From Pseudomonadota bacterium (GTDB lineage: Bacteria > Desulfobacterota > Binatia > UBA12015), in the NCBI GenBank assembly GCA_005777805.1, contig SXLG01000092.1, positions 3,344 to 67,343 of the forward strand: a DNA stretch of 64,000 nucleotides, read 5' to 3'. Below the pieces are notes generated by a model. It ran no database searches. It saw nothing but the letters and a program-made list of their open reading frames with translations, and was not told where the DNA came from. A program made the translations under genes and the position numbers. Below are positions 17,822 to 27,675 of this stretch, one piece after another (the stretch's first letter is position 1; every line of letters begins with the position of its first letter).

Positions 17822-20230
17822 TCAATCGGGGAGGTCGAGGCCCTTCCCCGCCCGGTACCCCGTTTGCACGGCCAGGACCCGCCCGTCGCCACCGATCAGC
17901 ACGAAGGTCGGCGTGCCACTCACCCCGTAGCTCAAAAATGTCGTGCGGCCGCGGTCGCGCGCGACAGTCTCGGGGAAAGCGTCCTCCCATGATTCAAGGA
18001 AAGCGGCGACACGGTCGGCGGGTTCGTCGGTGAGCGCGATGACCTCGACATCGCTCTCTCCCGCCCACTCGAGCATTTCCGGGAGTGCCGCCTTGCAGGG
18101 CACGCACCACGTCGCCCAGAAGAAGAGCAGCCGCCGACGACCATCGGCAAGAGTCGCGGGCAGGCTGCCGCGCTGCGCGTCGGCCGCGAGTGCGGGCGCC
18201 TGCATGCCGGGTCGCGGCGCACGCGGCAGATCCGGGAAGCGACCGGGATGCTCGCCGGGCAGCAACGTCCGCACGCCTCGGACCTGGTTGTGGAGGATCT
18301 CGATCGCAACCTCCCGTCCGATCTCGCGCAGCATGACCCATTCGCGGATCTGCGCGGGCTCGGTGAAGGGTGCGCCTGGCGGCCCGACGATGATGTCGCC
18401 GGGAACCAACCCGGCACGCGCCGCCGGCGAATCAGGATAGACCCAGCGCACCGACACCGCCCCGGCGTCAAGCCCGAGCTGGCGGCGCAGCTCGGGCTTG
18501 GCCGGCTCGAACTGGATGCCCATCCACGCCGGCAGCACCACCCGCGCCCGATCGAGGTCGTCGTCCCAGCTCGGCAGCGCGTCGCGGGCCGCGGGCGGCT
18601 CCCCCTCCTGCACGGGCAGGACCAGATCCTCACAAGCAAAAAGTGCCGTAAAGGCTTCCTGTTCGTCGCGGCCGGCGCGACTGTCTAGCCAGCGCAGGCC
18701 GGCGAGCCGGATCAGTTGCGCGCGCAAGCGCTCGAGCGCAGCTTCCCGCACCTCCATGCGATAGGCCAACGCGTCGCATTCGTCGGAGCGCTCGGTGAGC
18801 AGTTCGAGCCGCGCGTCGGTCTGGCCAGCGTCCGCTGCAGTCCAGGTCGCGAGTTCGGCCACGAGCTGCTCTCCAGTCTTGACACGCGCGGCCACGTCCC
18901 GTGCGTCGAGCTCGCGTGGGTCGAGCCGATCTCGCCAGCTCGGCCGGGCGTCGAGGAAGCGACCGACGTTGGCCCGCGCAAGATCGCCGCGGGCGGCGGT
19001 CCAGGCATCGCTCCACTGCGCCAGCGGATCGGCGATGCGGGAGATCTGCTGCAGGCGCTGGCTCGTATCGGCGAGCGAACGCGTGCCGGCGAAACCGAAA
19101 GCCGCCGCGATCCGATCGAGCTGGCGGATCTCGGGCTCGTAGCGCCCGGGCAGCGCGAAGGCCTCGACCAGCATTTCATCCGTCAGCGTCTCGAAGGGGC
19201 GGCTCTCGCGCGCCGCCGCGCGCCGCAGCAGTAGTTCGAGCTGCACGTCGGAGCTGCGCAAGGGAACATCGGGCGTGAAGTCGGCCGCGAGCGCGTGGCG
19301 GTGTCCGTCGGCCAGCCAGCCACGCGTCGCCGTGGCCTCGAGCATCCGCACCGAGTGGCCGATGTCGTCGGCGCCCCGCGCCTCGGGGTAGCAGCCGTAG
19401 GCCGGGCGCGACTCGGTCGATGCAAAATAACCGCAGACCCGGCCGTCGGGGAGGCCACCCTCGGGAGCGGCGAGCCGGGCGAAGGCTCCCGAGAAGCACT
19501 GCGACATCAAGGTCACCACCCGCACGCCCGAAGGCAGCCGGGCAAGCCACGCTTCGAGCTGATCGACCGTGAGTGAATGGTCGCGGCCCCAGAGCGTGAT
19601 CGCGTTGTGGCGCGCGCCCTCCTTGCCCCGGGTGCCGTGGTCGGTGACGTAGAGGAAGAGCACGTCTCCGGGGCCAAGCTTCGCGCCCTCGGTCGCCATC
19701 CAGCGGTCGAGGGCTGCGGGCGTCGCCGGGCGCATCTCCACGCCGGCTAACTCGGTATTGACGTACTCGGTCGGCTGCACGAGGCGGCCGTGAAAGGCCG
19801 TGCCACCGAGCAGGCGCTCGGCCGTCTCGGAGGCGCTGCGCCGGGTCGCCAGATCCGGCGCCGGTGCCCGGCCGTCGCTCGCAAAGACCGCGATCTGTGA
19901 CTCGGGCACGCCGGCTATGCGCAGCAGTGCCAGCACCTTCTCGAGATGCGTGCGGTGCGAGAGGTAGTTCTGCGCGCGCCGGCCGCCGCCGTTGACGAGA
20001 ACGGCGTGAATCCGCCCGCCCGCCGTCGGCGGGGGCACGGCCTGCGTGCTCATCTCGACGCCGGCCGGCCGAAACAAGGCACAGCCCGCGGCAAACGACA
20101 TGGCCGCGACCACCAGGGCGAGGCTCCGGGCGAGCCTTCGCGAGTAGTCACACACAAAAGACGAGCGCAGCATTCCGCTGACCATACGCTCCCAGAATAC
20201 CCCAGACGAGGCCACGCACCGAGCCGACAC
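17822..20230 (-). CDS. Probable lipoprotein fusing a clan-CD (legumain/C13-like) peptidase domain, a helical region, a PDZ domain and a TlpA/ResA-like thioredoxin domain
   Basis: Possible lipobox: LVVAAMSFAAGC. His/Cys dyad context: VLFLYVTDHGTRG and VVTLMSQCFSGAF. PDZ: VYPDSPAARAGLVPGDIIVG. Thioredoxin: LLFFWATWCVPCKAALPEM...GVSGTPTFVLIG. Start uncertain (in-frame Met codons at 20230, 20185 and 20173). Confidence 0.85.
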   Translation of the reverse strand: MSARCVASSGVFWERMVSGMLRSSFVCDYSRRLARSLALVVAAMSFAAGCALFRPAGVEMSTQAVPPPTAGGRIHAVLVNGGGRRAQNYLSHRTHLEKVLALLRIAGVPESQIAVFASDGRAPAPDLATRRSASETAERLLGGTAFHGRLVQPTEYVNTELAGVEMRPATPAALDRWMATEGAKLGPGDVLFLYVTDHGTRGKEGARHNAITLWGRDHSLTVDQLEAWLARLPSGVRVVTLMSQCFSGAFARLAAPEGGLPDGRVCGYFASTESRPAYGCYPEARGADDIGHSVRMLEATATRGWLADGHRHALAADFTPDVPLRSSDVQLELLLRRAAARESRPFETLTDEMLVEAFALPGRYEPEIRQLDRIAAAFGFAGTRSLADTSQRLQQISRIADPLAQWSDAWTAARGDLARANVGRFLDARPSWRDRLDPRELDARDVAARVKTGEQLVAELATWTAADAGQTDARLELLTERSDECDALAYRMEVREAALERLRAQLIRLAGLRWLDSRAGRDEQEAFTALFACEDLVLPVQEGEPPAARDALPSWDDDLDRARVVLPAWMGIQFEPAKPELRRQLGLDAGAVSVRWVYPDSPAARAGLVPGDIIVGPPGAPFTEPAQIREWVMLREIGREVAIEILHNQVRGVRTLLPGEHPGRFPDLPRAPRPGMQAPALAADAQRGSLPATLADGRRRLLFFWATWCVPCKAALPEMLEWAGESDVEVIALTDEPADRVAAFLESWEDAFPETVARDRGRTTFLSYGVSGTPTFVLIGGDGRVLAVQTGYRAGKGLDLPD

Positions 20231-20608
20231 GCGCTGGGGTCACGGAGCCGAACGCGGGTGCCGGCAGGCCAGGCGGAGCAAATCCCCCAAGCGACATCGA
20301 TTCCACGTCGCCGCGCCCGACGCGGGCGCGGGCCGGCCGGACCGCAAGTCAGCGGTGCGACGCCGACCGTCGTCGCGTTCAACGGGTTTGGGTCCGGCGC
20401 TCGGCAGCCAGCTACGAGCCGCGCGCCAGCGATCGTCATGCCTCCAGAGCGGAACGGCGCGTTGCATCAGGCACTTCGCACCGTCCGCCGGCCACGAGCC
20501 AGCGGTAGCTCCGCCTCCAGCGCGGAGCGCGGCGCCCCGCGCTTCGGACCGGCGGCCAGCCGCGCGCCAGCGATAGCTCCGCCGCGGCCCTCCGGTTAGG
20601 ACAGCACC

Positions 20609-21433
20609 ATGGGCGAACCTGCGGAGCCGAGGACTGTGCCCCGACCCGACGGCTGGAAACCCGCGCTCTATGACCGGTTCCGGACGGAGCGCCGGCAACC
20701 GGCCCTCGACTTGATGGCGCTGATCGAAGCCCCCGCACATGCGCCGCGCGTGCTCGACCTGGGCTGCGGCACGGGCGAGCTGACGCGCGAACTGCACGAA
20801 CGTCTCGGCGCGGTCGAGACGCTCGGCCTCGATCGATCGCCGGCGATGCTCGACGCCGCACGTGCACGGGCGGGTGGCGGGCTCCACTTCGCGGCGCGCG
20901 AGATCGCCGACGCTATCGCCGACCCTGCGCTGGCCGGGCGCTTCGACGTGGTGTTCTCGAACGCAGCACTGCACTGGCTACCCGAGCACCGCGTGCTGTG
21001 GCCGGCACTGGCACGCCTGCTCGCCCCCGCAGGTCAGCTCGCGATTCAGATCCCGGCCATGGACGACGACATCACACACACCGCGTGCGAGGAACTGGCG
21101 CATGCGCCAGACTTCGCCAGCGCGCTCGCGGGTACGACCGATCGCCTGCCTATCCTGCGACCCGAGGAGTACGCAGCCCTGCTCTTCGCCGCTGGCCTCC
21201 GCCCGCCGCGGGTCGAGCTGCGCGTCTACCCGCACGAGCTGGCCTGCCGCGAGGAACTCGTCACCTGGTTCCGCGGCAGCCTGCTGACGACTTGCGAGGC
21301 GCGGCTCACGCCCGAACTCTTCCACGACTTCCTCGACGCATGGCGCGAGCGGGTGTTCGGCGTCTACTCCGACGCGCAGCCCGTCTTCCTTGGCTTTCGC
21401 CGCGTCCTGATGTGGGCCCGCCGCCCCACCTGA
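20609..21433 (+). CDS. tam: Class I SAM-dependent methyltransferase, trans-aconitate methyltransferase (Tam)-like
   Basis: N-terminal Tam-like text: WKPALYDRFRTERRQPALDLMALI. SAM motif I: RVLDLGCGTGELT. Then FSNAALHWLPEH. Confidence 0.8.
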   Translation: MGEPAEPRTVPRPDGWKPALYDRFRTERRQPALDLMALIEAPAHAPRVLDLGCGTGELTRELHERLGAVETLGLDRSPAMLDAARARAGGGLHFAAREIADAIADPALAGRFDVVFSNAALHWLPEHRVLWPALARLLAPAGQLAIQIPAMDDDITHTACEELAHAPDFASALAGTTDRLPILRPEEYAALLFAAGLRPPRVELRVYPHELACREELVTWFRGSLLTTCEARLTPELFHDFLDAWRERVFGVYSDAQPVFLGFRRVLMWARRPT

Positions 21434-22251
21434 CGCCGCGTCCAGGGGCGGCCATGACCGTAGTCGCAGCCCGCATCCCGGAGCGCTCTTTCGGACCCGC
21501 CACCTGACGCCGCGCCCAGGCAAGGCCACCGGCTCGCAACGGAGCTTCGACCACGCCGTGCATCGGCTTGCACGCGCGCAAGGCCAGTGGCCACGGAGAA
21601 CACGGCCGCCGGGCCTCGTGCGGGCACGGATCTTGGGGATTCCACCCCCCGTTCCCCGCTGTTCAGGAGGCCGTCATCGAAGATCTGCCCGAATCCCCAC
21701 GCCGCCGCGCGCGCGACCTGCCGGTCGACTTCGCGTTCGATCGCCGGCCCTGCGCCCCTTTGAACCGGCGCCGGCTCACCCAGGCAGACCGCGCTGGCCG
21801 TGCCGGAGTCCCTCGCTCCGGCGCACTTTTGCCGCGTCTGGTGCGACCCGACGCCGCCGAGCGGCCCACGCAGCGACTCTGCTCGCTGCTTTGAGGAGCA
21901 CGGCTGCGCCGGGGCGAATGCCGCCGATCCGGCACTCGACCGCCTCGCCACGCGGCCCGCTGATCTGAGCCGGACCGGGGCGCGAACCTGCCTCGGCGGA
22001 CAAAGACGTCACGTGCTCTTGCCCGTCGCGGGCCTTGACCGGTCCAAGGCGCGCGGCTTTGCCTGCCCGTGCCGCGGTGGCCATGATGACCCGCGCGCCG
22101 GCCGCGAAGATCCCCCACGACCGGCAGTCCTCCCGTTTGCGGAGGTGTCCGCGCTCGGAGAAGAGGAACAGCCCTGCCGATGGAACGACCGACCAGCGAC
22201 CCGCGCCGACGACGGCATCGGCAGCGCGGCGATCACCGCCACTTCGGGGTC

Positions 22252-23703
22252 ATGGTGACGCCGGCAATCACTTCGAGGCGGCGGGGGCTCTGCCGCGTGG
22301 CCATCGCCGTCGCGACGGCGCTCTCTCAAGCCGCCTGGATCGAGGCCGAGGCCGCGGTCGTGCTCGACGACCTCAGCCGATCGGTGGCCGAGATCGTCGA
22401 GCGCGTGCAGCCCACGGTGGTCGAGGTGCGCGTGCGTAGCCTCGGCACGGCGGCGGAGGCAACCAACGATGCGGCCACGGGCGGGCCCAACCTGAAGCAG
22501 GGCGGCGGCTCGGGCGTGATCGTCGATCCCGCGGGCTGGATCGTCACCGGGGCCCACGTCGTCGAGGGCGCCACCGGCGTCGAGGTGATCCTGGCCTCAC
22601 CGCCACGCCACGCGGGAGGGTCGATCGTGGGCCGGCGCGGCCGCCGCCTGCCGGCCCGCGTGGTGGGCGTCGACCCCGAGACCGATCTCGCCATTCTTCA
22701 CGTTGACGGGGGCGGGTTACCGGCGCTCGCCTTTGCCGATTCCGATCGCGTGCGACCCGGCCATCTGGTCATTGCACTCGGCAGCCCGCACGGCCTGCAC
22801 GAGTCGGTGACGATGGGGATCGTGAGTGCGATCGGCCGGCAGCGTACCCCGGAGGATCCGCTGGTATTCCTCCAGACCGACGCGACCATCAACCCCGGCA
22901 ACAGTGGCGGCCCGCTGGTCGATAGCTCGGGTGGACTCGTCGGCATCTCGAGTTTCATCCTGACGCAATCCGGTGGCAGTCAGGGTCTCGGTTTCGCCGT
23001 CCCCTCGAACATCGTGCGTGCGGTGGTGCGGCAGATTCGCGAGCACGGACGGGTGCGGCGCGGCACGATCGGCGTCGTCGCGCAGACGCTCACGCCAGAG
23101 CTGGCGGCGGGACTCGATCTCGGCGACCTGACCGGCGTGCTCGTCGCCGACGTCGTGCCCGGAAGCCCCGCCGCGGACGCGGGCCTCTTGGCCGGCGACA
23201 TGATTGTTTCGCTCGACGGGCGAAGGATGGAGAACGCCCGCCAACTCGAGGTGAATCTCTATCCGCGCGAGGCGGGCGAGCAGGTCGAACTCGATGTGCT
23301 GCGCGCCGGCCGGCACACAAAGAAGGTCGTCGCGATCGGCGAGCGAGACGACCCCGAGGCCCCCAACCTGGTGCGCTTCGTGCGGCCACGCCGCGATGCG
23401 CTGCCGGCCCTGGGCGCGCTCGTGGTCGAGACCAACCCCGAAATCGAGGCGCTGCTGCCGCCGCTGCGCACAGGGGGCGGGCTGGTCGTCGTGAGCGCCG
23501 AGGCCCCACGCTCGCCGGACGAAACCGCACTCCTCGCCGGCGACATCATCGTAGGAGTCGGCCGCACGGCGGTAACCAGCCGGGCGCAGCTCGAACAAGC
23601 GCTCGCCCTCGCGCCGCGCGAGGCAATTCTCGTCCTGCAGGTGCAGCGCGGCACGGGCCTGCTCTACGTGCCGCGCGAGCGACGCACCGCGCCCCTGCCC
23701 TGA
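22252..23703 (+). CDS. htrA: HtrA/DegP-family periplasmic serine protease with two PDZ domains
   Basis: ATG at 22252 inside track ORF 22180..23703. Catalytic triad context: TGAHVVEG, ETDLAILHV, TDATINPGNSGGPLV. Two PDZ-like segments: GSPAADAGLLAGDMIVSLDG and LLAGDIIVGVG. Confidence 0.9.
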   Translation: MVTPAITSRRRGLCRVAIAVATALSQAAWIEAEAAVVLDDLSRSVAEIVERVQPTVVEVRVRSLGTAAEATNDAATGGPNLKQGGGSGVIVDPAGWIVTGAHVVEGATGVEVILASPPRHAGGSIVGRRGRRLPARVVGVDPETDLAILHVDGGGLPALAFADSDRVRPGHLVIALGSPHGLHESVTMGIVSAIGRQRTPEDPLVFLQTDATINPGNSGGPLVDSSGGLVGISSFILTQSGGSQGLGFAVPSNIVRAVVRQIREHGRVRRGTIGVVAQTLTPELAAGLDLGDLTGVLVADVVPGSPAADAGLLAGDMIVSLDGRRMENARQLEVNLYPREAGEQVELDVLRAGRHTKKVVAIGERDDPEAPNLVRFVRPRRDALPALGALVVETNPEIEALLPPLRTGGGLVVVSAEAPRSPDETALLAGDIIVGVGRTAVTSRAQLEQALALAPREAILVLQVQRGTGLLYVPRERRTAPLP

Positions 23704-23730
23704 GGTATCGCGGGGGCGGACGCAGCCGCT

Positions 23731-23835
23731 GCGGTGCGGGCGCTGCCTTCGCGGTGCGGGCGCTGCCTTCGCCGCGTGCGGGCGCAGCCTTCGCGGTGCG
23801 GGCGCTGTCTTCGCCGCGTGCGTGCGCGGCCCGCC
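23731..23835. repeat. Intergenic GC-rich tandem repeat, about five units of 20-23 bp (alternating two-unit super-repeat of about 42 bp)
   Basis: Read directly: gcggtgcgggcgctgccttc (23731-23750), an identical copy at 23751-23770, gccgcgtgcgggcgcagccttc (23771-23792), gcggtgcgggcgctgtcttc (23793-23812), gccgcgtgcgtgcgcggcccgcc (23813-23835). Confidence 0.8.
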
Positions 23836-23967
23836 GTTCCCGGATCGGCGAAGACGGCGCCCACCGAGCATCGCGTTCTCGCGAGTGACGAGAAGCCCGC
23901 GGGCGCGGAACGGACCTCCTCCGCCGGCACGCGCCTTGCGCCGCCGAGTCATCCGAGGGCGTGTTTC

Positions 23968-24914
23968 GTGACGGAAGTGGTCAGCGCGCTCGATGCCTCG
24001 TTCCTCGAGTTCGAGACGCCGAGCGCTCATATGCATGTGATCGGGGTCACCGTGCTCGATCCCGCGACGGCAATCGACGGTTTCGGCTTCGCCACCGTCC
24101 GGCGCGTGATCGAAACCCGGTTGCTGCCGCTCGAGCGCTTTCGCCAGCGCGTCCACTCGCCCCTGCTCGGGCTGGGCTCGCCACTCTGGCAGACCGACCC
24201 GCGCTTCGACCTCGACTGGCACCTGCGGCACATCGCCTTGCCCGCGCCGGGCGGTGCGGCCGAGCTGGAAACCCTCGTCGGCGACATCGCGAGCCGGCCC
24301 CTGGGGCGGGACCGCCCATTGTGGGAAATGTGGGTGGTCGAGGGCCTCGAGCACGGGCGCTGGGCGTTGATCTCGAAGATCCATCACACCGTCGTCGACG
24401 GGCTCTCCGGCGCGGCCGTGCTGGCGCATCTGCTGGATCTGGAGCCCCGGCCGAAGGCGGCCAGCCCGCCGATGGTCGTCACCGCGAGTGAGCCCGACCT
24501 TCTCGCGCGCGTCCGCGCCGTGGGACCGCGCCTGCTGCAAGAGTTGATGGCCTCGACACCGACACCCGTCTTTCGCGGCGCCATGCGCCTCTACGAACGG
24601 CTGGCAGCGACCAACCGCGCGCGCCCTTTGCGAATCTGATCATCTCCAACGTCCCCGGTCCGACCATGCCGCTCTACCTCGGTGGCGCGCTGGTGATCGC
24701 CGTCCACCCGCTGGGGCCAATCCTGGACGGGACACCCCTCAATTTGTCGGTGATGAGCCAGCAGGATCGGCTCGATATCGGCGCGATCGCCTGCCGGGAA
24801 ACCGTCGCCGATCTGGGCGCGATCACCACCGGCTTCGCCCGAGCGGTCGAGGAACTCCGCAGGGTCGCCACCGGCCGTCCCCCCGCACCCTCCCGCCGGA
24901 TAGCCTCCGCTTGA
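23968..24914 (+). pseudogene. Disrupted wax-ester synthase/diacylglycerol acyltransferase (WS/DGAT): N-terminal catalytic part and C-terminal tail lie in different frames and the middle is missing
   Basis: Fragment 1 runs from the GTG at 23968 to the TGA at 24639: LDASFLEFETPSAHMHV... plus the active-site motif HHTVVDGLSG. Fragment 2 is in another frame, from about 24627: FANLIISNVPGPTMPLYLGGALV...LNLSVMSQQDRLDIG... to 24914. Together they total about 310 aa, against about 450-480 aa usual for the family. Confidence 0.7.
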
Positions 24915-25019
24915 CCGAGCGGCGATTTCCCGAGCGGCTGCGGCCCGGCCGCGACCCTGCCGATCGACCCGCCATGGCCGGAGGAGTAGGAGGGATTCGG
25001 CCGACTTCCGGCCGCGACC

Positions 25020-26516
25020 ATGGTCGAACTCGACTTAGCCCAACTCCTGCAGATTCCCCGCTGGCTGGTCGGCGTGCTCTCGCTCGCCTGGGCCGTGCTG
25101 GCCACCGTCTTCGTCATGCTGGAGCGCCGCCGGCCGGCCGCCACACTGGCCTGGATTCTGGCGCTCGTGCTGATCCCGCTCTTCGGCGTCTTCGCCTACC
25201 TGCTCTTCGGCCGACAGGCGGTGCGACAGCGTCGGCGACGGCGCGAGCGGCGGCCCCTCAACGCCAGCGAGGCGATGCGCCAGATGGCCCGGCTCGACAC
25301 GCTGCCGGCCGGCATCGAAGGCATGCAGCGTGGACTCGTCCGGTTGGCCCTGCACGCCGCCGCAGCACCGTTGCGGCGCGCGACAAGGGTGGCGATCCTG
25401 CCCGCCGGTGGGCCCGCGGCCGACGCGCTACACGAGGCGATCGCGCAGGCGGCGGAGTGCCTGCATCTCGAGTTCTATATCTGGCGTGACGACGGCGCGG
25501 GCCGCCGTCTGACCGCAGCGCTGGCCGAGCGGGCGCGGGCCGGCGTGGCGGTGCGCGTCCTGATCGACCACCTCGGCAGCTTCGGCCTCCCCGAATCTCA
25601 TTTCGACGCTCTCCGGGAAGCCGGCGGCCGGGTGGATCGGTTCGCGCCGATCCACACCGCCGCCCTGCGCGGTGCCCACGCCAACTTCCGCAACCACCGC
25701 AAGATCGTGACCGTGGATCGCAGGATCGGTTTCTTCGGCGGGCTCAACGTCGGCGACGAATACCTCGACGGCGACGAGCCGGGCCATCTCTGGGAGGACC
25801 TGCTGATCCGCCTCGAAGGCGATGCCGCGCTCGGACTCGAAGGTGTCTTCATCGAGGACTGGCTCGAAACGACAGATGAATGGCTTGACCCGGCGAGTTC
25901 GCGCCCAACCGAGGGTCCGGGACGGCTGGCACGCCTCCTCGGCCGCGGGCCGCGAGCCGGCTCGGCGGGCCCGCTCGTGCAGATCGTCCCGAGCGGGCCC
26001 GACCTGCGGATCGCCGACGCCATCGCGGCCCAGATGCTGGCCGCGATCTCCTCGGCGCAGTCGCGCTGCTTCATCGCGACACCCTACTTCGTACCCGACG
26101 AGCCACTCCGGCTGGCGCTGGTCACCGCCGCTCTGCGCGGTGTGGACGTCCGTCTGGTGCTGCCCGGCCGCAGCGACGTGCGCGTCGTCCAGTTCGCCTC
26201 GCGGTCGTACTACGACGAGTTGCTCGCGGCCGGCTGCCAGATCCTCGAGCACCCCGGGATGCTGCACGCGAAGTACATGGTGGTGGACGAAACGCTGGCC
26301 GCTCTGGGTTCGGCCAACATGGACACGCGCAGCTTCTACCTGAACTACGAGGTCACCGGTTTCTTCTACGACCGGGGTGTCAACCATGATCTCTCCGAGA
26401 TCTTCCTGCGCTCGCTCGACGGTGCCCGCACCGTGACGACCGAGGAACGGCTCGCGCTGCGCGGCACCTCGCGCCTGCTCGAAGCCGCCGCCCGCGTCCT
26501 CTCCCCGCTCCTGTGA
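25020..26516 (+). CDS. cls: Cardiolipin synthase (PLD superfamily, two HKD motifs)
   Basis: Two N-terminal TM helices. HKD motifs: NHRKIVTVDRRIGFFGGLNVGDEY and MLHAKYMVVDETLAALGSANMDTRS. Confidence 0.9.
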   Translation: MVELDLAQLLQIPRWLVGVLSLAWAVLATVFVMLERRRPAATLAWILALVLIPLFGVFAYLLFGRQAVRQRRRRRERRPLNASEAMRQMARLDTLPAGIEGMQRGLVRLALHAAAAPLRRATRVAILPAGGPAADALHEAIAQAAECLHLEFYIWRDDGAGRRLTAALAERARAGVAVRVLIDHLGSFGLPESHFDALREAGGRVDRFAPIHTAALRGAHANFRNHRKIVTVDRRIGFFGGLNVGDEYLDGDEPGHLWEDLLIRLEGDAALGLEGVFIEDWLETTDEWLDPASSRPTEGPGRLARLLGRGPRAGSAGPLVQIVPSGPDLRIADAIAAQMLAAISSAQSRCFIATPYFVPDEPLRLALVTAALRGVDVRLVLPGRSDVRVVQFASRSYYDELLAAGCQILEHPGMLHAKYMVVDETLAALGSANMDTRSFYLNYEVTGFFYDRGVNHDLSEIFLRSLDGARTVTTEERLALRGTSRLLEAAARVLSPLL

Positions 26517-26724
26517 GGAGCCGGTCGCCCACAAGCGTGGGGGTTGCGCTGCGCCCCGGGCGCCGGGGCCGTCCGCCCGTGGCCGGGCAGGTCGCGGGCG
26601 CGAGGGGTTAGTCGTGACCTGATTTCGTAGGGCCGGGCATTCCTGCGCGACACGGCCCCTCACACCGCACAGGCCGCGGGCGTGAGGGATTCGTCGAGAA
26701 TCTATTTCGCGCGGCCGCGGCCCT

Positions 26725-27492
26725 TCAGCCAGTCGCGCCGTAGGTCGCGTGCAGGTATTCGACGATCGCGGCCGACTCGAAGAGGTCGCGTCCGGTGTTG
26801 GGGTCCGCAAGGAAGGGCACCTGCATCTTCCCCGAGCGGGCGACGAAAGCCTCGCGCGAGGGACTGCCCTTGGCGACGTTATGCAGCAGATAGGGCAGCT
26901 CGAACTCGGTCAGCGTCTCGCGCACCAGCCGGCAGTAGGGCGAGGCCTCGAAGCTCCACAATTCGAGCGGCTTATCCGGGGCCCGCGACGGGCGCACCTT
27001 GATGCCGGCGCGGAAACGCCAAGCCGACGCCAGAGCCGAGGTCGCGGTCGCAACCAGGTCGGGCGCCAGCGCGAGCGGTGGCCGGCCGTGGCCATAGGTC
27101 GCGTAAAGATAACGAACGATGTCCGCCGATTCGTACATCTCGGCCCCGGTGTTGGGATCAACCAGCCACGGAAACTGCGCCTTGCCGCCACGCGCGATGG
27201 CGGTGGCGCGGAAGCGCGTACCGCCCTTCGGGCAGGGCTGGATGAGCATCTCGAGGTCGAGCATCGAAGCCGCCTCGCGCACCTTGCGGCAGTAGGGGCA
27301 GCCCTCGAAGTCCCAGAGCTGGAGCGGCTGCTCGGGCCTCTGTCCGAGCGCACCGACGGAGAGTCCGGAGGCACCGCGCGCCAGCGTCGCGCCATAAGCG
27401 GTGACGACGTCGATGAGACGCCCGCTCACGCCCCCGCCCTCGCCGATTCTCTGTTCCGACCCGGCACTGGAACCCCAAGGCATCGCCACCAC
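26725..27492 (-). CDS. Tandem glutaredoxin-like / GST N-terminal-domain protein
   Basis: Two homologous halves. First: PLQLWDFEGCPYCRKVRE...QFPWLVDPNTGAEMYESADIVRYLYATYG. Second: PLELWSFEASPYCRLVRE...QVPFLADPNTGRDLFESAAIVEYLHATYG. Confidence 0.8.
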   Translation of the reverse strand: MVAMPWGSSAGSEQRIGEGGGVSGRLIDVVTAYGATLARGASGLSVGALGQRPEQPLQLWDFEGCPYCRKVREAASMLDLEMLIQPCPKGGTRFRATAIARGGKAQFPWLVDPNTGAEMYESADIVRYLYATYGHGRPPLALAPDLVATATSALASAWRFRAGIKVRPSRAPDKPLELWSFEASPYCRLVRETLTEFELPYLLHNVAKGSPSREAFVARSGKMQVPFLADPNTGRDLFESAAIVEYLHATYGATG

Positions 27493-27675
27493 GTTCGCAT
27501 CCGCGCGACCCTATCGCGCACCTCCCCGACCGCCAAGTCCGGCGGGGTGAGGCACTTCTCAGTCGCGCCGTCGCGTGCCGGACGGAGGAGGGTCGACACA
27601 ATCCGCCCGCGCGGCCAGATGCCCATCAGCCCCGATCCCTCCTGAACCGCGAATCGGAAGTAAATTCACACTCTC

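Noticed and set aside
23731-23835. A CRISPR array, considered for this tandem repeat and for the 37-bp repeat pair at 49573-49680.
   Set aside because: The units here are contiguous with no spacers. At the second site there are only two copies. No cas genes are in the window.
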